Positions 1 to 11,100 of a DNA stretch of 64,000 nt are shown in pieces. Made by a program: the position numbers and the translations under genes. Below the pieces are notes generated by a model, which was given only the letters and a program-made list of their open reading frames with translations, made no database searches and had not been told where the DNA came from. Position 1 is the first letter of the stretch. The number at the start of each line of letters is the position of its first letter. This DNA comes from Candidatus Woesearchaeota archaeon (GTDB lineage: Archaea; Nanobdellota; Nanobdellia; Woesearchaeales; JABGXB01), in assembly GCA_018675975.1 (NCBI GenBank), contig JABGXB010000002.1, positions 318,098 through 382,097 of the forward strand. Direction: 5' to 3'.

Positions 1-2
1 TT

Positions 3-698
3 ACAACCAGAGACATTGATCCAATAATATCACAATTTAAATTATCAATTAATACAGTATTAAATTTAGTTTATTATCATAAAGAAGACGAAATTAAAAC
101 AATATTGAAAAATAATTTTGATTATTATTTAAAACAAAAATCAAATAAAAAAACTAACATAATTAATTCATATAATAATAGATTAAAATTATTAAAAAAA
201 TTAGAATTTATTGACCAAGATAATATTTTAACAAATAAAGGAATTTTTGCAAGGCACATATATAGTAATGAAATTTTAATTGGTGAAATATTTAATTCTC
301 AAAATATAAATAATTTAAATGAAAAAGAATTATTAGTTTTAATAGGTTTAATTGTATATGAGCCCAAAAGATCAAATAGATTTAAAATATCTAGAAAATA
401 TAAAAATCATTTAATTGTATTTAATAAATTAAAATCAAATAATTACTTTTTTAAAAATTGTAATCAAACACATTTAGCATATATGGATTTCATTATAAGA
501 AATTGGATTAATAATTATAATATAAGTGAATTATTAAATCATTGTAATTTACAAGAAGGTGATATAATAAGACTATTTAGACAAATAATTGACGTAATGA
601 GACAAATAAAAAAAGCAAATGTAGATCAAAATTTACAAAATAAATTAACTAAAGCAATTGAAATAATAAATCAAGACATAATTAAAGTAGAATTCTAA
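3..698 (+). CDS. Ski2/HelY-like DExH RNA helicase, C-terminal part (5'-truncated by window edge)
   Basis: Frame is open from position 3 (TTRDIDPIISQFKLSINTVLNL...), upstream of the track's TTG at 105. SQF-x-L-S-x-N-x-V-L-N-L and the C-terminal 'LQEGDIIRLFRQIIDVMRQI' match the Ski2/Mtr4/HelY DSHCT region. Confidence 0.8.
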   Translation, partial: TTRDIDPIISQFKLSINTVLNLVYYHKEDEIKTILKNNFDYYLKQKSNKKTNIINSYNNRLKLLKKLEFIDQDNILTNKGIFARHIYSNEILIGEIFNSQNINNLNEKELLVLIGLIVYEPKRSNRFKISRKYKNHLIVFNKLKSNNYFFKNCNQTHLAYMDFIIRNWINNYNISELLNHCNLQEGDIIRLFRQIIDVMRQIKKANVDQNLQNKLTKAIEIINQDIIKVEF

Positions 699-1954
699 AA
701 AATAAATGAAAAAATAAGTCCAATTATAATTAATAAGAATCCATATAAAATAATTTTTATTGGCATACTAAATAAAAGAAATAGACAAACTAATATACCA
801 AAAAAAGGTATAATTGGAAATTTACCAAAATTAAATGGAACCTTAAATGGACGTTTTAAATTTGGTTTGGTATACCTCAATACAATTAAAGATAAATTAA
901 TTACAATAAAAATAAAAAATAATGTGAAATTTGTTAAATTTGCAACTAATAAAATATCATTAAAAAACAAAAATGAAATTGAAATTAAACAAATAATAAT
1001 AATTGAAACCCAAGGTGTTCTATTAATTTTATGAACTTTTGAAAAAATATTTGGAAGTGATTTACTTTTTGACATTCCATAAATAATTCTAGAAGTTGAA
1101 AGTAATAATAATAAGGAAGTATTTGCTGTTGCAAATAATGCAATTATTGCTAATATTAAAGATGCATTATCACCTAATGCTGTTTGCGCCACATCACTTA
1201 ACGGTGCATTAGATACACCTAAAGCTTCAGGAGACATTACTGAAACCGCTGAAATTGCCACCAAAACATAAATGATTGTAGTAAAAATAACCGAATAAAT
1301 TATTGCACGTGGAATATTTGTTTTTGGTTTTTTAGTTTCTTCAGATAAACGCACAATATCTTCAAAACCCATATATGCAAAAAAAATTAATGCCGCAGAA
1401 GTAAATAATCCTGACAAGGATGGCATATCAAAATAATTAATATTTACCATATCAAATTTAGGAAGACCAATAAAAATAATCATAATTAAACCTGCAGCTT
1501 CAATTAAAGTAAAAACTACTGCAATATTAGTTGAAAAATTAATACCTTTAAATAATAAATAACAAATTATTAATAATAAAATAATTGCAGGAACTATTAT
1601 TGACGTATTAAAAATTGAACTAAAATATCCACCAAAACCTGATGCAACAGTTGAAGAAGAAATTATTCCACCAAAAATTGCAAGCCACCCAATTAAAAAA
1701 GCAAATTTAAGTCCAAATGCTTTTTTTGTATATATATATTCAGCAGATGATTTTGGAAACATTGAACTTAGTTCAGCAAAACTTAAACCAGAAAAAACTG
1801 CCACTAGTGCAGCAATCAAAAAGGAAATCCACATGGCATTCCCAGCTAAAAAAGCAGCCTTTCCAATTAAAGCATAAATACCTGCACCCAATATAATTCC
1901 AATACCAGAAATTGTGACTTTCCATAAACTCAAACTTCTTTTAAGTTTCACCAT
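695..1954 (-). CDS. APC-family amino acid permease
   Basis: About 12 hydrophobic segments; 'LKRSLSL...GIILGAGIY', 'FAELSSMFP', 'FAYMGFE', 'RPFKVP'. Start moved to the ATG at 1954 (MVKLKRS) because the track's extension overlaps the divergent gene. Confidence 0.9.
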   Translation of the reverse strand: MVKLKRSLSLWKVTISGIGIILGAGIYALIGKAAFLAGNAMWISFLIAALVAVFSGLSFAELSSMFPKSSAEYIYTKKAFGLKFAFLIGWLAIFGGIISSSTVASGFGGYFSSIFNTSIIVPAIILLLIICYLLFKGINFSTNIAVVFTLIEAAGLIMIIFIGLPKFDMVNINYFDMPSLSGLFTSAALIFFAYMGFEDIVRLSEETKKPKTNIPRAIIYSVIFTTIIYVLVAISAVSVMSPEALGVSNAPLSDVAQTALGDNASLILAIIALFATANTSLLLLLSTSRIIYGMSKSKSLPNIFSKVHKINRTPWVSIIIICLISISFLFFNDILLVANLTNFTLFFIFIVINLSLIVLRYTKPNLKRPFKVPFNFGKFPIIPFFGILVCLFLLFSMPIKIILYGFLLIIIGLIFSFIF

Positions 1955-2055
1955 GTAGATTAATATATATTTCACATAATAAAGGTTATTGTTTAAATTT
2001 AGAAAATTAATAAAATTAATAAATAAAAATAATTTTTTAAATAAAAGGTGATAAG

Positions 2056-2448
2056 ATGGAATTTTTTTTTGAAGAAAAAAGCGATTATTCAACTACGTTT
2101 ATCAGACTTGCATTAGGTATTATTATGACTTTAGCAGGTTTTGGAAAAGTAATGAAAGGTAATGAAGGAATTACAAGTATGGCCACAAGTATGGGTTTTC
2201 CAGTAATTTTAATGTGGGCAGCTGCATTAATAGAATTAATTGGTGGAATTTTAATATTAGTGGGTTTTTATACTAGGACAAGTGCATTTTTAATTGCATG
2301 CGTAATGTTAGTTGCAACTATTGTTGTAATAAATGGAGGAGCACCATTTATGGGTGGAAGTTCATTTTGGGCATGGCCTTTAGTAAATTTTCTAATGGCA
2401 GTATCATTACTATTTTCTGGAACTAAGGTCATTAGTGTAGATAAATAA
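2056..2448 (+). CDS. DoxX-family membrane protein
   Basis: 'IRLALG...GFGK', 'ELIGGILILVGFYTR.SA'; AGGTGA SD just upstream. Confidence 0.85.
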   Translation: MEFFFEEKSDYSTTFIRLALGIIMTLAGFGKVMKGNEGITSMATSMGFPVILMWAAALIELIGGILILVGFYTRTSAFLIACVMLVATIVVINGGAPFMGGSSFWAWPLVNFLMAVSLLFSGTKVISVDK

Positions 2449-2494
2449 TAAAAACCAGTAAGAATAGACAAATCTTTTAGTACATAATTTTTTT

Positions 2495-2971
2495 TTATTT
2501 TAATTTATTTAATTTATTTTTATCCAAACAAGCAAAACAAGATTTACAAACATAAACATTTTTTTTCCACTTAATAACAGAATTTAATTTTTTATAAGAA
2601 TTACATAATCTACAAGTATAACCACCTCGTTTTTCAGATTCAATAAATTCTTCATCTTTTTTTAATTGTTTTTGATTTTGTGAATTTAAAGAACCCAAAT
2701 TACTAGTATCAATTTTTTGAGATAATACTTTTTTAGATTTTGTATTAAATTTTTTATTATCATAATTACTAAGCTCATCATTAAAATTATCTAAATTTAC
2801 ATTATCACCTGAAATTTGTAAATGAGTAATATATTTTTTTATAGTATCAACTGAAAGACCAAAATAATTTGCAATTTGAATAACGGTTTTACCTTCACCC
2901 AACATCTCTTTAGTTATTTTAATACGCTTAGACATTTCAGAATTTGCATTTTTTGCATTAATTATCGCCAT
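2495..2971 (-). CDS. Hypothetical protein with N-terminal HTH and C-terminal CxxC...CxxC zinc-finger-like motif
   Basis: 'GKTVIQIANYFGLSVDTIKKYI' (HTH-like); 'CRLC...VCKSC' near the C-terminus. Likely start is the ATG at 2971. Confidence 0.55.
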   Translation of the reverse strand: MAIINAKNANSEMSKRIKITKEMLGEGKTVIQIANYFGLSVDTIKKYITHLQISGDNVNLDNFNDELSNYDNKKFNTKSKKVLSQKIDTSNLGSLNSQNQKQLKKDEEFIESEKRGGYTCRLCNSYKKLNSVIKWKKNVYVCKSCFACLDKNKLNKLK

Positions 2972-3058
2972 ATCACATAAAACAATAAATAGATTATTAA
3001 ATTTTCGTAGCAAAAATATTTATTTTATTATAAAGTAATGAATAAAACAATAAAAAAG

Positions 3059-3174
3059 TTTATAATATTTAGTTGATTACATACAATTATGAGACGGTTA
3101 TCAAATAACTAAATTAATGTATTAAGTTTGTTCTAATAATAATACATCTGTTGATGTATAGACATTAATGAGGT
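3059..3174 (+). promoter_or_regulatory. TATA box, 7-codon uORF (3089-3112, MRRLSNN*) and alternative hairpins upstream of the ABC-F gene; candidate attenuator
   Basis: TTTATAA at 3059-3065; ATG AGA CGG TTA TCA AAT AAC TAA; complementary segments 3117-3124/3140-3147, 3142-3148/3153-3159 and 3113-3120/3162-3169; GAGGT SD at 3170-3174. Confidence 0.4.
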
Positions 3175-3175
3175 A

Positions 3176-4708
3176 ATGATAATGTTTACAATAAATAATT
3201 TGTCAAAGACATATGGTAATGATTACATAATAATAAATGGTAAAATAGTAATAAATACACATGATAAGTGTGCATTAGTTGGAAAAAATGGTAGTGGAAA
3301 AACAACCATAATGAATATAATTAATGGAAATACTGATTATGAAGGAAATTTGGAAAAAAACGACATTACTATTTGTAAATTTAATCAAATTGAAGAAATT
3401 CAGGATACAGCACAAAATTATTTGATTGACTATCAAAATTATGATTATGAAAAAGAAAATATAATACATCAATTAATTGATATGTTTGAATTAGATTCAA
3501 ATATTTTACTCAAACAATTTAATACATTGAGTGGAGGACAAAAATCAATAATTAGATTAATAAAAACATTATCCTCAAAATCAGATTTACTTCTTTTAGA
3601 TGAACCAACGAATCATTTAGATTTTAAATCTATTAATATATTAATTAATTGGCTAAAAAAATTTGAAAAAAGCTATGTAATAATTAGCCACGATAGATTT
3701 TTTTTAAATGAAATTTCAAATAAAGTTATTGAAATTGAAAACAAGTTAATAAACTCATATAATTGTAATTATGATGAATATATAAAAAGAAAGAAAAAAA
3801 GAATTGAAAATGAAGAAGAAAATTATCAAAAAAATATTAAAGAAAAAAAAAGGTTAAATACCATTAAACAAGAACAAGACAAATTTAAAAATAAATTAAA
3901 TACTAAATTGTCAAAATTAAAATTAATTCATGGACCAAATAAAGCAGCAGCATGTTCCGCTAGACAAAAAGGAGAAAAAAGTCAAATTAGATATGGTAAA
4001 AATATTTCTGTAACAGATCAAAAGATTGAAAATTTAAATTTAATAAAACCAAATATAGATAATAATAGACTGAGAATTGAGCTATTTCAAACAAATAAAT
4101 CTAATTATGAAGTTATAGAGTTAGATGAATGTAGTAAGTCAATTGAGGATAATTTAATATTAAATAAAATTAATTTAGAAATTTTAAGAAATGATAAAAT
4201 TTTTATTAGTGGAAATAGTGGTAGTGGAAAAACTACATTAATTAATTCAATTATAAATAAAAAATTTGATAATGGAAATTTAAAATTAGGAGATAATATC
4301 ATCATTGGACAAATTTCACAAGAAAAATTTCATTTACAAAAAGAAATTAAAATAATTGACTATTTTAAAAAAAAATATTCAAAAATAGATTTAGGTATAA
4401 TGAGAAATTATTTAGCTGCATTTTTATTTAAAAAAAATGAAATTAATAAAAAATTAAATGAGCTTTCAGGTGGAGAATTAATGAGAATTGATTTACTGGA
4501 TTGTTTAATTAAAGGCAGTAATTTATTAATATTTGATGAACCAACAAATAATTTAGACTTAGAATCAATAGAAGCATTAGAAAAAGCCATCATTGAATTT
4601 GAAGGTACTATAATTGTAATTAGTCATGACAAAAAATTAATTGAAAATTGTGCTAATAAAAAATATGAATTAAAATGTGGAAAATTAATAAAAAAAGTTA
4701 CTTTCTAA
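3176..4708 (+). CDS. ABC-F family ribosome-associated ATPase
   Basis: Two NBDs ([26 protein letters not shown] and [25 protein letters not shown]), 'ISHDRFFL', no TM segments, long charged interdomain linker. The ATG at 3182 fits the SD spacing better. Confidence 0.92.
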   Translation: MIMFTINNLSKTYGNDYIIINGKIVINTHDKCALVGKNGSGKTTIMNIINGNTDYEGNLEKNDITICKFNQIEEIQDTAQNYLIDYQNYDYEKENIIHQLIDMFELDSNILLKQFNTLSGGQKSIIRLIKTLSSKSDLLLLDEPTNHLDFKSINILINWLKKFEKSYVIISHDRFFLNEISNKVIEIENKLINSYNCNYDEYIKRKKKRIENEEENYQKNIKEKKRLNTIKQEQDKFKNKLNTKLSKLKLIHGPNKAAACSARQKGEKSQIRYGKNISVTDQKIENLNLIKPNIDNNRLRIELFQTNKSNYEVIELDECSKSIEDNLILNKINLEILRNDKIFISGNSGSGKTTLINSIINKKFDNGNLKLGDNIIIGQISQEKFHLQKEIKIIDYFKKKYSKIDLGIMRNYLAAFLFKKNEINKKLNELSGGELMRIDLLDCLIKGSNLLIFDEPTNNLDLESIEALEKAIIEFEGTIIVISHDKKLIENCANKKYELKCGKLIKKVTF

Positions 4709-6608
4709 AATCTTTTTTAAATTTACTTAAAATTGCTTTTTTACCAGTCCAATCAAAAGCATGTTCCACCACATCTAAAATTGTTTTTACACTTACAATT
4801 TTAATTTTACTTTTTTCTTCTTTACTTAAAACTATGTCATCATAATTAGATTGTGGTATAATAACAAAATCCATATTTGCACTTATTGCAGCTTTTATTT
4901 TTGCACTAACCCCACCAATTGGTAAAACTTCACCTTTTAATGATAAACTACCAGTCATTGCACAATTTTGTTTAATTGGTATATTTTTTACTGAACTAAT
5001 TAATGCAGTAGCTACTGCAATACTTGCTGAATCTCCTTCAACACCTTCATAAGTTTGTAAAAATTGTACAAAAATATCTTTATTTTTTAAATCATCACCA
5101 AAATATTTTTTCATTATTGCACTTACATTAATAATAGATTCTTTTGCAATTTCACCCAATTTACCTGTAGCTAAAATTTCTCTTGATTTTCCACCAGATG
5201 TAATTTCACTCTCAATTGGTAAAATTATACCTGATAATGTAGTCCCATGGCCAATTACAGCTAAACCATTAACACGACCCGTAAGACTTCCTTTATTTTG
5301 AATTAATGAATATTCTTTTTTACGTTCTACAATTTTTTCTGCAATTTGTCCTTCTAAAGGCTTTGCAATTTTTAATGCTTTATCTATATGACTTACTTCA
5401 ACTAATTTATCTCCATTTTCAACTGCAATATCACCTGATGATCGTACAACACCACTAAGTTCTCTAAATCTTAAAGTTATATGATTTTTTCTATTTGCAT
5501 ACATTCTTGCAATATCTATAATTTTCTCAACCGCAGCTTTAGAAAAATGAGGTATTTTACCATCATTTTTAATTTCTTGTGCAATAAATTGCGCAATTGC
5601 ATATTTAATTGCAGGTGTTTCTTTAATAGTATCATCCATATATACTTCATAACCATAACCACGAATTCTACTACGTAATGCTGGATGTAAATTTTTTAAA
5701 CCATCTAAATTACCAGAAGCAACTAAAATAAAATCACATGGAACTGGTTCTGTACTAACCATTGATCCTGCACTTTTTTCACTTTGACCAGTAATTGAAA
5801 ATTTTTTTTCTTGCATAACTGTTAATAATTGTTGTTGAGATTCAATTGACAAAGTTGCAATTTCATCAATAAATAATACACCCTTATGTGCCTTATGTAT
5901 CATACCACCAATTACACGCTCATGTGCAGGAGTTCCCAAACCCCCTGATTGAAGCGGGTCATGAAGTACATCACCAAATAATGCACCGCTATGGGCCCCT
6001 GTTGCATCAATAAATGGTGCATTTTTTTCTAAACTTCTATCAATAATTATTTTTGGAGTGTTTCCAACTTTAATTTTAATTCTTTTATTAAAATTAATAT
6101 ATACAAAAAACATAAAAAACATAAATAATGTTCCAATTGAAAAAGTAAAAAACATAATTGCACCTGCAACAGTACTTGCTAATGTTTTAGAATAATGATC
6201 TAATGCATACCATGGTAAAAATATAGAAATTGCAAGTAATATAATAAAAACAACCATTTGAAAATTATTCATACCACCAATTAATGTTTGACCTTGTCTT
6301 AATTTTTGACCTTCACCAGCTTTTGTAATTCTAATTAATGGTTTATTGCTGTCATTTACATTTTCATATGCCAAAACATCAACTAAATTTTCACTAGGTA
6401 AAATTTCTGAAATTGCTTGACCAAGCATACTTTTTCCAGTTCCAGGTTCACCAATTAAAAGAACATTTCTTCTTTGTTTAGCTGCCTTCATAACAATATC
6501 TTTAGCTCTTTCCTGGCCTATTACTTGATCAATGATTTTAGAACCAACAGATATTTCTGAAGTTGTCTTAAAATCATTTATTTTTTTATTTTTCAACTTA
6601 AATGCCAT
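4698..6608 (-). CDS. lonB: Archaeal membrane-anchored ATP-dependent protease LonB
   Basis: 'DQVIGQE', Walker A GEPGTGKS, two TM helices inserted in the AAA+ domain, Walker B 'LFIDEI', catalytic 'EGDSAS' and 'GGV..K'. Confidence 0.95.
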   Translation of the reverse strand: MAFKLKNKKINDFKTTSEISVGSKIIDQVIGQERAKDIVMKAAKQRRNVLLIGEPGTGKSMLGQAISEILPSENLVDVLAYENVNDSNKPLIRITKAGEGQKLRQGQTLIGGMNNFQMVVFIILLAISIFLPWYALDHYSKTLASTVAGAIMFFTFSIGTLFMFFMFFVYINFNKRIKIKVGNTPKIIIDRSLEKNAPFIDATGAHSGALFGDVLHDPLQSGGLGTPAHERVIGGMIHKAHKGVLFIDEIATLSIESQQQLLTVMQEKKFSITGQSEKSAGSMVSTEPVPCDFILVASGNLDGLKNLHPALRSRIRGYGYEVYMDDTIKETPAIKYAIAQFIAQEIKNDGKIPHFSKAAVEKIIDIARMYANRKNHITLRFRELSGVVRSSGDIAVENGDKLVEVSHIDKALKIAKPLEGQIAEKIVERKKEYSLIQNKGSLTGRVNGLAVIGHGTTLSGIILPIESEITSGGKSREILATGKLGEIAKESIINVSAIMKKYFGDDLKNKDIFVQFLQTYEGVEGDSASIAVATALISSVKNIPIKQNCAMTGSLSLKGEVLPIGGVSAKIKAAISANMDFVIIPQSNYDDIVLSKEEKSKIKIVSVKTILDVVEHAFDWTGKKAILSKFKKDFRK

Positions 6609-6648
6609 AAAAATCTTCTATTTTAAAAGTATTATGTTAATTAAATAT

Positions 6649-7179
6649 TTACTTAGACTTTATTATTATTGAATTCATTAAATAAGAATTAGGAATATAG
6701 ACAAAATCACCATTTTTTGATTTTATAATAGTTTCAATTAAACCAATAGTTTGAACATATCCTTCAACACCATTACATTTAATCAAAGATCCAATTTTTA
6801 TATTTTTATTAATATTATAACTTGCATATAAATTGGGAAAAAAGTCTTTTATAGTAAAAAGAATACTAATAAACACAACAATTAAAATAATTATACCCAA
6901 AATATCAAAAACATAAGGTGCTAAATTTAAACTTATTTCATCCATTGCCTTTATTATAAAAAATAAATAAATTATTAATTCGATAAAATAAGAAAAATAA
7001 ATTGAAAATGAAATATTAATATCTAATTTTTTTAATAAATCATCAATTTTTATTGTTTTTAAAAAAATATTAATTATTTTATATGAAAATTTAGCAATTA
7101 CATAACCTATTAAAATTAATAATACTGCAATTATGTATTCATTTACAAATAGTTTATTATATGTTTCAATAAACACCAT
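6649..7179 (-). CDS. Small MscS-like mechanosensitive channel protein
   Basis: Three TM helices followed by 'IKIGSLIK..GVEGYV..IGLIET.I....G..VYIPNS'. Confidence 0.75.
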   Translation of the reverse strand: MVFIETYNKLFVNEYIIAVLLILIGYVIAKFSYKIINIFLKTIKIDDLLKKLDINISFSIYFSYFIELIIYLFFIIKAMDEISLNLAPYVFDILGIIILIVVFISILFTIKDFFPNLYASYNINKNIKIGSLIKCNGVEGYVQTIGLIETIIKSKNGDFVYIPNSYLMNSIIIKSK

Positions 7180-7214
7180 ATTTTAAATTAGAATAATGTA
7201 TATATAAATATTGT

Positions 7215-7529
7215 TTATTGTTTGTCATTATTATAATAGTCTTTAATATTATCATCAATATCTGCAATAGCACCACCAGTTAAATTATAATAAATCTTTT
7301 GAGAACTCTCTCCCCAACTAAAATTTCCTTTCTCATTTATTATTTTATTAATTTCAAAATCACCTATGTTTGTACCATATTTTAAGTGATAATAAATAGA
7401 ACGTGAAGTTACACGACCATAAATTTTTATATATTTTTTAAAAATATCATAACCAGTTAAAGGAGAATAAAAATATAATATGTTTATTACATTCTGCCTA
7501 ATTTTACTACCTTTTGGTCTACCTCTCAT
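7215..7529 (-). CDS. Hypothetical winged-helix-like protein (MRGRPKGS...)
   Basis: True start is the ATG at 7529; the track's extension runs through tRNA-Ile. 'LTGYDIFKKY...VTSRSIYYHLK' resembles a PadR-type wHTH. Confidence 0.6.
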   Translation of the reverse strand: MRGRPKGSKIRQNVINILYFYSPLTGYDIFKKYIKIYGRVTSRSIYYHLKYGTNIGDFEINKIINEKGNFSWGESSQKIYYNLTGGAIADIDDNIKDYYNNDKQ

Positions 7530-7540
7530 TTTTATATAAA

Positions 7541-7614
7541 TGAGTCCGATGGGATTTGAACCCACGACCTCTTGATTATCAGTCAAGTGCTCCACCAAAC
7601 TAAGCTACGGACTC
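7541..7614 (-). tRNA. tRNA-Ile(GAU), no intron, CCA not encoded
   Basis: Reverse complement folds as GAGTCCG/CGGACTC acceptor, CTTGA-CT GAT AA-TCAAG anticodon arm, GTGGG-TTCAAAT-CCCAT T arm. Confidence 0.97.
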
Positions 7615-7619
7615 GAAAA

Positions 7620-7692
7620 CGCCTCTGGCCAGACTCGAACTGGCGACCTGTCGGTTAACAGCCGACTGCTCCACCAACTAAGCTACAGAGGC
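7620..7692 (-). tRNA. tRNA-Asn(GUU), no intron, CCA not encoded
   Basis: Reverse complement: GCCTCTG/CAGAGGC acceptor, GTCGG-CT GTT AA-CCGAC anticodon arm, GCCAG-TTCGAGT-CTGGC T arm. A TTTATAAA box lies ~30 nt upstream. Confidence 0.97.
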
Positions 7693-7872
7693 AAAATTAT
7701 AATTCTATGGTTAATAAAATCTTTATAAACATTCCGGTAATGAGCCAATTAAAATTAAAAAATTAAAAAAAAATTAATTAAATTAATAAATAAAAATACA
7801 AAACTTTATAAGAAAAATATCATGAAATTAAGACATTAGAATTATTTTTTTAATTTTAAAAAGAGGGCGATT

Positions 7873-8124
7873 ATGGAAGAAAATATGTATAATAAATTAC
7901 TTTTACTATATTCTACTTCTCACTTAAACAGTACAGACAAAGTAAAATTTTATTATGCATTAAAAGGAAGAGATGGCAAAAGCGGAATTGTAAAACAATT
8001 AAATATAAGACAATTAGCAAAATCAGTTCTATTAGTTGATCACCATCATCAAGAAGATATTACAAGTTTTTTTAATCATTGGGAATGTCCAACTGAACTT
8101 AATCATATTATGATAAAAAAATGA
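7873..8124 (+). CDS. Small hypothetical protein, possibly ferredoxin-like (Cas2/PaaX-central-like) fold
   Basis: 83 aa, GAGGG SD; beta-alpha-beta-beta-alpha-beta pattern ('LLLLYS...KVKFYYALKGRDGKSG...LAKSVLLV...ITSFFNHW'); stop overlaps the next ATG. Confidence 0.45.
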   Translation: MEENMYNKLLLLYSTSHLNSTDKVKFYYALKGRDGKSGIVKQLNIRQLAKSVLLVDHHHQEDITSFFNHWECPTELNHIMIKK

Positions 8125-11100
8125 AAAAAATAATTATATTCGTGATGATTTTGTTTATCACGAGCATAATTATAAATGCAAACAACTCATACAATATTTA
8201 TATCGAAAAGGAACTATCGAAACAAACAGAATTCTACAATAAATATGAATTAAATAAATTACAATTTAATAATGATTTTCATACAATAATTAATAATGAT
8301 AGTTTAAAAAAATTTAATTTTAATGAATTAATTATTTTAAGTCAAGTAGATTCGCTCACCGGATTAAATGACATAATAGAAAAAGCAAATCAAATTAATT
8401 ATGTTGATGAACGAAAGTTTGAAATTACAATAAATTCTCTTGAAAATCAAATAATTAATTTAGAACATAATAAAATAATAATATTAAGTGAAGAATCAGA
8501 ATTTTTTAATAACAAATTAAATGACATATTTACAAATGTAAGCATAGAAAAAGAACAAATTAAAATAGAATTAGAAAATTGTCAAACATGTTATGAAATA
8601 AAAGATAGTTATCAATGGCTTGAAATTGATTTTAATAATATAGATGAAAAATATGTTATTGCATATTTAGATAAACTTAAAGACTTTAAAAGATCAGCAA
8701 AATCAGATATTAGTTGTAAAAGAAATAATTTAAAAGAATGTACATTACAAAAATTAATAATAAATTTTGAAGAAAAAACAAAAAATAATTTGATTGATCA
8801 TTTGAAAAATGGTAAAAAAAAAATACCAGAATATACAAAATTCAATAAAGAAATTAATAAAATAAATAAGATAATAGATGAATTAGAACAAAATAAAAAT
8901 ATAATAAAACAAATTTTAGATAAAATTAATGATAAACAAGTATTTGATGATAATTTATTAAATAAATTAAAATCAATAAGTAAAAAAAAAGTGAATAATT
9001 CTAATTTAATAGAAATAAAAAATCAAGCAAAAGAATATATACAATTATTAGAAACTCCACTAAATATTGAATTAAAACAAAATAAACAATTAGATTTCAA
9101 TTTTGAGTCAAATATACAAAGAATAATGGATCAATTAAAAAGAAATAATGAATTAAGACTAAATCAAATATCATTTCTAAATATAATCTTAAATTCATTT
9201 TATTTTTATGAAAGTGAAAATGAATTAGAAAAAATATATTATGAATTAATTAATGAAATACTATTAAAATATACAAAAAAAAATGAAAATAAAAAATCAA
9301 TTAAAAAAAATGTAATTAATGACATTCAAATATTGAAATATAATTATGTATCTATTAAAAAAACATTAAATGATGAGAAAAAACCAAATTATTATGATAA
9401 AAAAACAATTAAAAAAATAATCGAAAGTTATAATAATCTTTTAAAAGAAATGCTAACAAAAATAGATGAAGATAAAAACTATGATTTAACTTATTATAAT
9501 ACTGAAGATAATGAAAAGCAATTTATTATTAAAACAAATAAAATTAAAGACATAATTGACCAAATATCAAGTGCATTAAACAAATTAAAAGCAAATGAAA
9601 ATTTAATATTTGAACAAAAAGAAGATTACTATACAGTTGGAATAGAAGATAATTTTTATAAAAAAGTTCTAAATTGGTTGGGAATATACATTCAAAAGAA
9701 TAATATAGACAGACTAAAAAAATCAAATGAAAAATATTTATTAATTAATAGCGAGGATAAATTTTCAAAACAACAATTATTAAATATAAACCAAAGTGAA
9801 ATTATTGAGATTTCCAAAGATAAAATATCATTAATTAATAAATTACAAAGAGAAATAAATGAATTTGATATAAAATATGAATATAAACAAGATGAAATTG
9901 AAGAATTACTAAATTTAATAGATTATTATTTTTTTATTAATTATTTAATTGAAAATGATATTAATTCTTTTTTAACCAAAATAAATATTGATTTTAAATT
10001 TAATGAATATTTAAACAATATTGCATATAATAAATTATCAAAATTTAAATCAGAAAATAAACAAAATTTTGTAAAAAACACATATAATTCATTAATTGCA
10101 AATAGACTTAATCTAAATTCCCACTTCATAAAAGAAATTCAAAAAGAATTTAATCAAAAAGAAACAATTGAAATAATAAATGAATTTACAAATGAATCAA
10201 ATATATTAAATATTAATATATTTGAAAAAGCCAAATGGGATATTACACCAATTAATAATAATAACATTAGTAAAAATAAAGTTTTACTAGATAAAAAAAA
10301 TTTTGAAATATTAAAATATGCAATTATGTCAATTAATAAAGAATTTGAACAAACAAAATTAAATAAAGAAATTAAAGAACCCTATAATTTTAAAATTGAA
10401 AATATCAATAATAATGATAAATATTCAAAATTAACATATCACAATAATTTAGATTTTCACAATAGATTATCTGAAAATAAAAATAATTTAACTTATGCAG
10501 ACATTGTGATTTTTTTAAAAGATAGAATAAATATTGCAATAATAAATAAAATTTTACAATCAAATATTAATAAAATAAATAATACACAAACTTATAATGA
10601 CATAATAAGTGAAATTTCTGAATTAAAATATGCAGAATTATCATTATTAATTAACTCAGAATTTGATAGCTATAGTAATGATCCATTTAATAATAATTAT
10701 TTAAATTTAGTAAATAAAAAAGGCGTAGATCCCTTAATTAATTATTTAAATAGTTTAATTCAAAAAGAATACTTTTACAAATATAGTAGAGAACATGGAT
10801 TGACTCAACTCTATTCCATTAAAAAAACAAATAAAGTAAATGACAATAATATTGAACTATTACAGAAATTATTTAATAATAGAAAAAACGGCTATATAAT
10901 AAGTCAAAATGAAGAAGAGATCATATTAAAAAAGGCATTAAATGAAACCATAAATAAAATAATAAATAAGAACATATTCACCTCACATTCAAATTATAAT
11001 GAAACATATAAAATAAGAAGACAAGAATTTTTAGATCTATTAGATGTTCATTTTAAATTAAAATTAATTTTAGAAGCAATAGAATTTCATGGTTTTGAAA

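Noticed and set aside
1955..2092. 46-aa N-terminal extension of the permease
   Set aside because: It runs through the AT-rich divergent promoter region and overlaps the DoxX gene; family similarity begins at MVKLKR.
7530..7598. N-terminal extension 'MVEHLTDNQEVVGSNP' of ORF 7215..7598
   Set aside because: It is a translation of the tRNA-Ile gene; the real start is the ATG at 7529.
7873..8124. CRISPR-Cas locus suggested by a Cas2-like small ORF
   Set aside because: No cas1 or other cas genes and no repeat-spacer array in the window; the fold guess alone is insufficient.
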